The notes under the pieces were generated by a model that worked only from the letters and a program-made list of their open reading frames with translations, did not search any database and was not told the origin of the DNA. Source: a virus. From it: a DNA stretch of 64,000 bases. The stretch spans positions 41,405-105,404 of the IMG/VR virus record IMGVR_UViG_3300045988_115635; one strand, 5' to 3'. Both the position numbers and the translations under genes were made by a program. Below are positions 20,850 through 28,656 of the stretch, one piece after another. How positions within the stretch are numbered: position 1 is the first letter of the stretch; the number at the start of each line of letters is the position of its first letter.

Positions 20850-21611
20850 CTAGAACTGTTTCCATACGCTAATAAAATAGCACCAAGAACCTTGTGCTCT
20901 TAATTCTTGTTCGCTCCATACTCTCGTATTTTCATGTGATGCTGGGTCATTGATTCTTAAATTACCGTCAGAATCTAACCACATTAAAACTAAGTGACCG
21001 CCGTAATAAACTGCTCCAAATTGACCAGCCACGCTACACCATACAGTGTGCCCCGCCTTAGCTTCATTTATTGCAAAATCTAGGTCCCACATTTGATTTG
21101 AAGCCTGTAGCCCTAAAGAATTTCTAGCAAAATCAGCAAAAGCAAGCATATAGTTTAAACCGCCATAGGTACAGCTATCTCCTACAGTATCCCTTAGCCT
21201 TAAAGGTGTAAACTCTTCGCGTGTCCAATACTCAAAAGACATTGCAGCGGTAGTTAATCCGCAACCATTTGAACCTATCGTGTTGCCATGTGCGTAACTA
21301 ACGCCGCTCCATCTCTCATCACCTTGATAATATGCTGGCATGTATCTAGGGTCGTGTTGGTCGTGCCATTCTTCCATTGCCTTTTGATAGGTAGGCTCAA
21401 TACATGAATAAGTATCGTTCATAAACGCTGCTAGACTATCAGCAATAGGCTCTAAAGTAGGTCTAGCTAAAGTAGCCTTTTGTTGGTCTAAAGTTAATTT
21501 TCTATCATCGACAGATGTATTCACGATTGCCGAAAACAGAATAATAGCGGTAATAAATAAGACCAGAAATAGATAAAGAATCTTCTTTAATATGTTGATA
21601 AACTTCTTCAC
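20850..21611 (-). CDS. Peptidase C39-like (papain-fold) cysteine peptidase with an N-terminal signal peptide / TM anchor
   Basis: N-terminus KKILYLFLVLFITAIILFSAIV is hydrophobic. Catalytic Cys in GSNGCGLTTAAMSFEYW and His in GGHLVLMW fit the Peptidase_C39_2 layout. Confidence 0.5.
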   Translation of the reverse strand: MKKFINILKKILYLFLVLFITAIILFSAIVNTSVDDRKLTLDQQKATLARPTLEPIADSLAAFMNDTYSCIEPTYQKAMEEWHDQHDPRYMPAYYQGDERWSGVSYAHGNTIGSNGCGLTTAAMSFEYWTREEFTPLRLRDTVGDSCTYGGLNYMLAFADFARNSLGLQASNQMWDLDFAINEAKAGHTVWCSVAGQFGAVYYGGHLVLMWLDSDGNLRINDPASHENTRVWSEQELRAQGSWCYFISVWKQF

Positions 21612-21651
21612 CTATTTAATGTTAGGCTTATATATTTTTACCGCTACCTAC

Positions 21652-22728
21652 TTAAACACCCGTAAATCTAAAGTAGTGCGTCCAACCGCCTGAAATGTTT
21701 ACTACAGAAACCTCTGTTCCTGTCTGGTCACCTGCTTGCGGGTTTCCTCGTGAAGAGTGAGCACCCGCTGTTTGTCCGCCACCTATGTACCATTCTGTGT
21801 GTCCACTTCTCCACATAATATCCCCACGTTGCAAGGAGTTAACATCGTTGTTATAGGGGTATTTGGTCCAACCACACCCAGGTAATTGAGAATCCATAGA
21901 GTAGGTTGTAAAAGCGTAAGAGCCTAATTGATCTTGTGTCCAACCATTGTTGAGCAGCGAGTAATAGACAAGTGACGAACAGTCATAGTCAGGATTGCCT
22001 GTACGATTTGCCTGTGAATAGCCATGAGAATCATCATTGCATATGTTGATTGCCCACTGTACAGCCGCTTCAACTGCTTCTGATGATGCTGTACCTGTAA
22101 AGCCTGTCGTTCCTGTTGTACCAATTTGAGGACCAGACGTTTTTAGCATTTCATAAATCTGATTTACTAAATCCGCGCCTTGTGTATCCTCTAATTTTGT
22201 TTGATACATTTGCACGGCCCACTCAACAACATCTTCTGGCATTTGACCAATAGATATTTTGTTGGGGTCCCAATTTGCTACTGTTGTTAAAACATTTACA
22301 CCCGAACGCCAGTATTCCTCATTGCTAGTCCACAGTGAAGAATCATTCATCAGTAATAATTGTGATGATACTAAACCGCTATCCCAGTAAAGAGCGTTTA
22401 ATCTGTATAGGGTGCATTTGCCCTGTATGTTAAAGTCGCTGCCATATAAGGACCAAAAATCACATGTAGTTATATAGCCTGCAAATACAGGTGTTTCATC
22501 TGACTTTACTAGACTAATTACAATTCTATCCATAGGCGTGAAAACGCCATTATATTTTGACTTCTTATTTTGAAGTGAGATTGAAAAGGTTGAGCAAGCA
22601 TCAGTGTTTAGGTTAATCCTAAAGTTCGTAATATCATCTGAAAGATCATAGACTTTATCGTTTCCGTCTGACTGTCTACAAGCAACCTTTGCTTTTATCA
22701 TAGGTGTATATGTAAGAATCTTTGTCAT
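21652..22728 (-). CDS. Tail-associated lysin, paralog 2: conserved N-terminal domain plus a C-terminal NlpC/P60 endopeptidase domain
   Basis: N-terminus MTKILTYTPM…. The C-terminus has YDCSSLVYYSL (catalytic Cys) and GDIMWRSGHTEWYIG (catalytic His), as in NlpC/P60. Confidence 0.55.
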   Translation of the reverse strand: MTKILTYTPMIKAKVACRQSDGNDKVYDLSDDITNFRINLNTDACSTFSISLQNKKSKYNGVFTPMDRIVISLVKSDETPVFAGYITTCDFWSLYGSDFNIQGKCTLYRLNALYWDSGLVSSQLLLMNDSSLWTSNEEYWRSGVNVLTTVANWDPNKISIGQMPEDVVEWAVQMYQTKLEDTQGADLVNQIYEMLKTSGPQIGTTGTTGFTGTASSEAVEAAVQWAINICNDDSHGYSQANRTGNPDYDCSSLVYYSLLNNGWTQDQLGSYAFTTYSMDSQLPGCGWTKYPYNNDVNSLQRGDIMWRSGHTEWYIGGGQTAGAHSSRGNPQAGDQTGTEVSVVNISGGWTHYFRFTGV

Positions 22729-23813
22729 GGTAATAGACCTGGCTTACATGGATAGTTTTGATCAAAAATAACGCCGCCATGCCAACCCCACCCCGTACCT
22801 TGCGGTACTCGCTTATTACCAGCGTTGACCCAATCCATCAACGCCCATTCTTTTACATAGCCGATATTATCCATGACGGTATTGTTGCCTACATAAATAC
22901 CAACGTGTCCGTACACATTGTCGGGGTTTCCTCCACTATTCCAACCATAGCCATAGACACAACAACCAGGAATAACTTTAGTCCAATCAGTAGACGCTCC
23001 GTATTGCCTTGCTGCTTCTCTTGCGCTTGCTGGTCGAGCGTTAGAAACGCCTGCTTTTTCAAATACGTCAGATACCCATTTTTGGCAATAACCACCTTGC
23101 GCGGTAATGCCGTACTTTTCAGAATTTTTAGCTACCTCAATAATTTTCTTTTGTGCTTCTGAAACATCACCGTTAAAAACATCACCTGACGTTTGCCCTG
23201 TATTGCCTACATTTGGTCCTGACGTTTGGAGCATTTGATAAATCTCATTTACTAAGTCTGCTCCTTGGGTATCAGCTAAACGCACGTTGTACATCTGCAT
23301 TGCCCACTGAATTACCTCTGTAGGTAATTGACCTATAGATATTTTATCAGCAGACCAATTACATACAGCAGATAAGATATTTACCGCTGCTCTCCAATAG
23401 CCGCCATCTTGGTCGGTAGATTCCGCGCTTTGAAAAGTAACTAACTCTCTACTAGACAATAAGCCACTATCCCAATAAAGAGACTGCAAGCGATATAAAA
23501 CGTCTTTGCCTGTAATGGTTACAGGACCGCTATATAAAGTAAAGGTAGGGCAAGTAGTGATATAACCAGAAAATACTTGATATTTCTCACTTTTAGTTAA
23601 CCAAATTACTATAGCGTCCATAGGCGTGAAAACACCGTTGTATTTATTGTCATTGTTTTGAAGCGTGATTGAAAAAGTCGAGCAGCCATCTGTATTAAGA
23701 GATACAGAAAAATTGGTAATATCATCTGAAAGATCATAGTATTTGTAGCCCGTTTGCTGTCTTGCCCTTACGGTAGCATGAACCATAGGGGTATAGGTTA
23801 AGATTTTCGTCAT
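22725..23813 (-). CDS. Tail-associated lysin, paralog 3: conserved N-terminal domain plus a C-terminal CHAP-like amidase/endopeptidase domain
   Basis: N-terminus MTKILTYTPM…. The C-terminus has GGYCQKWVSDVF (Cys) and NVYGHVGIYVG (His), a CHAP-like arrangement. ATGA overlap with paralog 2. Confidence 0.55.
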   Translation of the reverse strand: MTKILTYTPMVHATVRARQQTGYKYYDLSDDITNFSVSLNTDGCSTFSITLQNNDNKYNGVFTPMDAIVIWLTKSEKYQVFSGYITTCPTFTLYSGPVTITGKDVLYRLQSLYWDSGLLSSRELVTFQSAESTDQDGGYWRAAVNILSAVCNWSADKISIGQLPTEVIQWAMQMYNVRLADTQGADLVNEIYQMLQTSGPNVGNTGQTSGDVFNGDVSEAQKKIIEVAKNSEKYGITAQGGYCQKWVSDVFEKAGVSNARPASAREAARQYGASTDWTKVIPGCCVYGYGWNSGGNPDNVYGHVGIYVGNNTVMDNIGYVKEWALMDWVNAGNKRVPQGTGWGWHGGVIFDQNYPCKPGLLP

Positions 23814-24316
23814 AACAAATCTCCCCTAAAGGCTGCATCACCTTGGGCAACAATATCTTCAGTATCTACTTTGTTTGCGGGAATATCAGAAACGCCACCT
23901 GTTACGGTACTTTCGTTTCCTGCCTCCCCTGTCTCGTCTTTTAGAATTACGCATCTATAAGAATTCTGATAAGCAGAATCACTATATTTAATATCAACAG
24001 GAAAAGAAGTGATAGCAATAGTGAATACTTTGCTAATTACAGGAATAGACAAAACCATATGTGAAGGTTTTGCCATTGAAGTAAGGTATTTATGATATTC
24101 AGCTATCCACTCTGAAAAACTTAAATAATCATCACGTGATAAAAACGCCAAGCCTAATGTAATATCGGTTTTTCTTACATTTCTAGGGTAAGCAGTTTGA
24201 TTTTGGCGTGCTTGTGATTGACTGGTCATATTTAATACCAATCCATAGCTAAAATCTTCTACAATCACGCTTTTGCTTTTACCGTTGTATGTAAGAGTAC
24301 CGTTATATAAAGGCAT
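23810..24316 (-). CDS. Tail protein (168 aa)
   Basis: ORF between the tape measure and the lysin block. Confidence 0.4.
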   Translation of the reverse strand: MPLYNGTLTYNGKSKSVIVEDFSYGLVLNMTSQSQARQNQTAYPRNVRKTDITLGLAFLSRDDYLSFSEWIAEYHKYLTSMAKPSHMVLSIPVISKVFTIAITSFPVDIKYSDSAYQNSYRCVILKDETGEAGNESTVTGGVSDIPANKVDTEDIVAQGDAAFRGDLL

Positions 24317-24318
24317 GA

Positions 24319-25062
24319 CTAACTTCTTTTCATGTTATTCACTGTTGAGTTGGCAACGTCAGAAATAACACTTCCTGCTTGCTGCCAAATGGCATTTACG
24401 ATTGATGAAGTACCGCCGTCAGAACTTACTTGAACAGTACCATCATCTTCAGTAGTATCCGCTGCTTCATTTTCTTCAATAGCTTGCAATTGATCATATA
24501 AACTTACGCCGTAAGCATCGTATGAACCAGAATTTTCTACTACCTGCTTTAATGCTTGTAAGGTATTTTCCCAGTTATCTTGATCAGGGGTGTTATAGAT
24601 GTTTCTAGTCCAACCTACACCATCTTGAATAGCGTTTAGTGCATCTGTAGTAGCTGCTTCTTGGATAGTTGAAAAACCAGTGTCTACAAACATAGTAAGC
24701 TGATATGAAATAGCTGAAACCCTTGGGTTGTAGGACAGATTAGAAACATTCTTTAAAAATACTTTGCCGTCCCAGCCTAAGATAGGAAAATAAAAACGAA
24801 CGCTTTCGTTATTGGCTACGTGATAATCCATGATAGATTGCATCTGACGTTCGAATTCTTTCATACGGTCGTATCGTGTTGCATTAGTAAGACCTTTTGA
24901 AGATAAATACCCTGTAATAGTCAAGTCTCCAATGTTGCGAGAAAGAATCTGAACAACCGTACCACCATAAGTCTCAATCTTGTTAGTATTTAACTCATAA
25001 GACCATTTAGCGGTAGACGGGTCTATATCAAATAAATATCCTCCTAAAGAAGCCGTAGCCAT
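24319..25062 (-). CDS. Tail protein (247 aa), distal-tail/baseplate-assembly candidate
   Basis: ORF immediately downstream of the tape measure gene with a 1-nt overlap. Confidence 0.4.
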   Translation of the reverse strand: MATASLGGYLFDIDPSTAKWSYELNTNKIETYGGTVVQILSRNIGDLTITGYLSSKGLTNATRYDRMKEFERQMQSIMDYHVANNESVRFYFPILGWDGKVFLKNVSNLSYNPRVSAISYQLTMFVDTGFSTIQEAATTDALNAIQDGVGWTRNIYNTPDQDNWENTLQALKQVVENSGSYDAYGVSLYDQLQAIEENEAADTTEDDGTVQVSSDGGTSSIVNAIWQQAGSVISDVANSTVNNMKRS

Positions 25063-27251
25063 TATAATTCACCGTCCGATTGTAGCTGCTCTTTACCGTC
25101 CATAGCTTTGAGATAGAACATCTTAGAAGCATCTTCAGAAAATTGAATTTCGTACTTAGTCTTTTCGCCCTCTTCATTTCTGGTTGCATTACTGAACCAG
25201 TCCTGATCTTTGGTATCCCAAGTGAAGTCATTTTCGAGCCATGAAGATGCGGTTTGAGGATTGCCCCAAATATCTTTTCCGTAAGTATTGTAGGACCACG
25301 AAACATCATTGAACATTTCGTTAATGTCCTCATTAGTCATTGTGTTAATCTGATCTTCTGACACCTCGCCAGACAAAGCCATAGACTGTAAAAATACAGC
25401 TTTTTCATCTTCTGATAATTCGTCATAGCTTTTACCCAAAATGCTTTGAAGTACAGCAGAACCACGTTCACCGTTCATATCAAGACCAGATACATAGTTG
25501 CTCATGCCACTACGATAAATAGCACCGCTATCGGTAGTTACCATACTGCCCTCTGTGCTACCACCTAATGACTTAGCAGTATCTAATAATTGAGTAGTGT
25601 TTACAGGGTTTGCTGCTTCTACCGCTGCTCGGTTTACGTCATTTACTAATGGGTCGGATAAAAAGTCGAACAAATCTTCTGGGCTATCCTGGCTTACAGG
25701 AATAGCTTCACCGCCATAAAATACCTTAGACAATTCTTGCATAATAGAATTGTGGTTACGGTAAATGTTCTGATCTTCATTCCATAGACGAACGAATTCG
25801 TCTTTGTCACCATTTAATACAGCTTGAATTAAAGGACCTGCTGCTGTGCCTTGGTTTGAATAATAATCAGCATATTCACCGATTGCATAAGCGTAGGCTT
25901 GACCAGTATCCATGCCGTTGTTCTGCGCTTGCAACAATGCATTTTGAAAATAAACATCGTTTTGAGCATACTTAGCTACGCTATTAGCAACCTTTGAAGA
26001 ATCTCCTGTTTCATCTCCAAAATAGCGCGTAAAATCTACTGCAATATCTTGACCAGTAAGAACAGAACCTGTTTGCTGTTCAAAGGTATTACTAAAGGTT
26101 TGATATTGCTGCTGTACAGCAGACATAGAAGCACCTGTATTTTCTGCTACCTCTGCCAAAGAATCTAACTTTTCGTTAAGGTCGTCTACGGTAAGACCAC
26201 CGCGAACAACACTATCAATATACATTTGGGTTGCGTCTTTTACTGACAAACCTCTATTTTGATTTGCGCTTACAACCCAGTCATAACCCTGTGTATAAGA
26301 ATCGCTACCATAGGTAGCACCGCCACTCATTAAGCCGCTTTGAATTTGCTGAATTTCATTCTCGCTTAGGCTTGTTGTGAATTCGGTTAATTTAGATTGC
26401 AAACCTTGTTCAATGCCTACATTCAAGTTGCTACCGCTACCAGTAGCTTCAAGCGATGCAGAACGCAAGTTCTGAAACATATCAACGCCGCTACCAAATA
26501 GGTTAATACCAGCAGCCCCAGCACCTAAAGCAGCACCGATAGGACCTAAAAAGCTTAATGCCCCGCCTGCTTTTGATAAAATGCCACCAAGTGAAGAAAT
26601 ACCTCGTGTACCTTGCATGCTTAACGTATCAATTACAGCTGATGCCGTTTGAACATAGTCTGTTACATTGTTGGCTCCACTTTGGAAAGATTGAGCAGCA
26701 GAAGGTGTAGCAGCGTCATATGATTGCACCAATTTATCAAAAGAATCTTGCTGCGAGGTTGCAGATGATTGACGTACAACACTGTCGTACATCTTGTTGT
26801 AAAAGTTATCATCGCGTTCTTGCAGCTGTTTAGCTTGTTCTTGCCTATCTTCATCAAGCTTGCTTAAAAATTCTTCTACCTTTTGATTTCTTTGTTCTTG
26901 CTCTTCAATAATCTTCTTTTGAAGTTCGGAAAAAGATTCGCTTACCTTTTTAGATTCCTCTGTTTGCTCTTTAATAGATTCGCTAAGTTCAGGAGAATCT
27001 ACGGTAATAGTTGCACCCGTGCCATTACTGTCGGTGCTCACCTGTCCGCCGTTATCTTTAATTTCATCTATATAGTCTCTAAATACACCAATTTGCTTGG
27101 TCATTTTAGAGACTTCTTCAACTAGAGAATTTGCAGCTTCAGAAACGACATCTTTGGAAGCGTCTGCGCGTTGAACCAATTCACCCATACGCTGCGCAAC
27201 ATCAGAACTTGACGTTACTTGTTTTCTCACAGTGTTATCATCGGTAGGCAT
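25062..27251 (-). CDS. Tail tape measure protein
   Basis: 729 aa. N-terminal coiled-coil (EE/QQ/KK-rich), a Gly/Ala-rich hydrophobic segment (GPIGAALGAGAAGINLFGSG), and a position directly after the chaperone pair. Confidence 0.65.
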   Translation of the reverse strand: MPTDDNTVRKQVTSSSDVAQRMGELVQRADASKDVVSEAANSLVEEVSKMTKQIGVFRDYIDEIKDNGGQVSTDSNGTGATITVDSPELSESIKEQTEESKKVSESFSELQKKIIEEQEQRNQKVEEFLSKLDEDRQEQAKQLQERDDNFYNKMYDSVVRQSSATSQQDSFDKLVQSYDAATPSAAQSFQSGANNVTDYVQTASAVIDTLSMQGTRGISSLGGILSKAGGALSFLGPIGAALGAGAAGINLFGSGVDMFQNLRSASLEATGSGSNLNVGIEQGLQSKLTEFTTSLSENEIQQIQSGLMSGGATYGSDSYTQGYDWVVSANQNRGLSVKDATQMYIDSVVRGGLTVDDLNEKLDSLAEVAENTGASMSAVQQQYQTFSNTFEQQTGSVLTGQDIAVDFTRYFGDETGDSSKVANSVAKYAQNDVYFQNALLQAQNNGMDTGQAYAYAIGEYADYYSNQGTAAGPLIQAVLNGDKDEFVRLWNEDQNIYRNHNSIMQELSKVFYGGEAIPVSQDSPEDLFDFLSDPLVNDVNRAAVEAANPVNTTQLLDTAKSLGGSTEGSMVTTDSGAIYRSGMSNYVSGLDMNGERGSAVLQSILGKSYDELSEDEKAVFLQSMALSGEVSEDQINTMTNEDINEMFNDVSWSYNTYGKDIWGNPQTASSWLENDFTWDTKDQDWFSNATRNEEGEKTKYEIQFSEDASKMFYLKAMDGKEQLQSDGEL

Positions 27252-27583
27252 TACAGACCTTCTTCTTCCATCATCTGAATAAGACCTTCCATTGTGTCAG
27301 CGGTGATTTCTACGTCATTTCTCTTATCTATTTTACGCAATTCCCTTTGTTGCGTAATATATCTAAATGCTTCTGGCTTGGTAAACGCCAACCAAAAGTC
27401 TTTGTTATCCTCTAGCTTCTTTCTCTCACGTTTTGTTTCTACTTCATTTGCTATAAACAAACATGTAGACTGAACGTAATTTAAGTCTCCCTGTAATATA
27501 CCCGCTAATTTTGCCCGTTGAATCAGGGATAAAACGTATTTCACATTTTGCGGTAACTCTGAATAATCTTCACAGTCTATCAA
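27251..27583 (-). CDS. Tail assembly chaperone, -1 frame portion (T part of a G/GT-like pair)
   Basis: Its reading frame is the -1 frame relative to the upstream chaperone ORF and stays open back to the A7 slippery site (manual translation IKSLLIDCEDYSELPQNVKY). Confidence 0.5.
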   Translation of the reverse strand: MIDCEDYSELPQNVKYVLSLIQRAKLAGILQGDLNYVQSTCLFIANEVETKRERKKLEDNKDFWLAFTKPEAFRYITQQRELRKIDKRNDVEITADTMEGLIQMMEEEGL

Positions 27584-27591
27584 CAGGCTAT

Positions 27592-27987
27592 TTATTTTTT
27601 TAAGCTAGAAGCAATCTCACCAGCCGTTTTCACCATCTTGGTATATTCATCATAAATGTCTCTTACTACAGATGCGTACCAATCTTTAATTACTTGCGCC
27701 TTTTCATAAATCAAATCAACATCGGGTGATAATGCCTTTACCAAAGGCATTCCATCAACCGCTTCTATTGCAGCAGCAACAAAATACATTTGCATAGCAG
27801 CTAACTCACTTCGAGTACCTACATACTCTTTTGCTAGTTGCCCTACTCTTAATTCTTCACCTTGCGTAAGCGTCTTAATTAAGATTTTATGCCCTGCAAT
27901 TTCAATAGTCCTTTGAAGCTTTCCAACGTAGAGCAGCCCTGAAAAGGGCTGCTTATACTCATCGGGAAAAACATCTTCTTTGTTCAT
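27592..27987 (-). CDS. Tail assembly chaperone (G-like, 131 aa)
   Basis: Sits between the tube and tape measure genes and ends in a slippery A7 run. Ribosome-binding site GAGAGGGAA before the ATG. Confidence 0.5.
   Translation of the reverse strand: MNKEDVFPDEYKQPFSGLLYVGKLQRTIEIAGHKILIKTLTQGEELRVGQLAKEYVGTRSELAAMQMYFVAAAIEAVDGMPLVKALSPDVDLIYEKAQVIKDWYASVVRDIYDEYTKMVKTAGEIASSLKK
27595..27601 (-). other. Candidate -1 programmed ribosomal frameshift site (A_AAA_AAA) at the end of the first chaperone ORF
   Basis: Minus-strand sequence AGC TTA AAA AAA TAA: an A7 heptamer immediately before the stop codon. The -1 frame continues into the 27251..27583 ORF. Confidence 0.5.
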
Positions 27988-28009
27988 TTATTCCCTCTCT
28001 CTTTTAATT

Positions 28010-28059
28010 CTCAATAAAATAATTGAGATAGAACAAATGTTCTACTAATTATTATTGAG
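28010..28059. promoter_or_regulatory. Composite palindromic element, copy B: CTCAATAAAATAATTGAG + ATAGAACAAATGTTCTAC + degenerate inverted copy TAATTATTATTGAG
   Basis: Read directly from the sequence. Lies between the tube stop (28068) and the chaperone start (27987). Confidence 0.65.
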
Positions 28060-28067
28060 TTGGTTGC

Positions 28068-28643
28068 TTAATAAGCCAAACCTCTAGCGGTATCTCGGTC
28101 AGCAACCGTCAAATACTGAACACTTCTGTCAGTATATTTTATAGTAATATCTACCGTCATTTCCATTGTTCGGCTCTCAAAAGTCTCATTTTGAGAAACA
28201 TTAGTAACAACAGCGTTGTTGTAGGTAATAACACGCCACTGATTATCAGTTTCACCGCTACCAGCGCGTTCGAACTTCTTTACAGAGATTCTATTACCAG
28301 CTTTTCGCTGCTGCTCAAACACTTCATAAAGATTTACTAGGTTATTCGCATTAGTCGAACCACCAAGTACAGAAGTGTTTTCAAGTGCCGTAGCAATAGC
28401 TTCTTTACCCCAAAGCTGCCATACGGTACATACCAACGTACCAGAAGATTGAACAACAGGGGGAACAATTTCTTCAGGACACATTGAGCCTACTGGAATA
28501 ATATCAACAGGCTGTGTTAGAGCCGTGCCAGGGGTTTCGTTGGCTCTAGCCATAAATTTAATTGGAGCAGTAGAACCACCTTCATCACCGATAGCGATAT
28601 AGGTATTACCACCACCTGCAACACGTACTTTAGAATCAGGCAT
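28068..28643 (-). CDS. Tail tube protein
   Basis: 191-aa ORF directly after the sheath gene. Strong ribosome-binding site TTAGGAGGTAGTAAGAA-ATG. Confidence 0.55.
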   Translation of the reverse strand: MPDSKVRVAGGGNTYIAIGDEGGSTAPIKFMARANETPGTALTQPVDIIPVGSMCPEEIVPPVVQSSGTLVCTVWQLWGKEAIATALENTSVLGGSTNANNLVNLYEVFEQQRKAGNRISVKKFERAGSGETDNQWRVITYNNAVVTNVSQNETFESRTMEMTVDITIKYTDRSVQYLTVADRDTARGLAY

Positions 28644-28656
28644 TTCTTACTACCTC

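Noticed and set aside
25062-27251. Peptidase or lysozyme domain within the tape measure protein
   Set aside because: I looked for Cys/His or GNxQxESG-type motifs in the tape measure and found none. The lytic functions appear to be carried entirely by the downstream paralogs.
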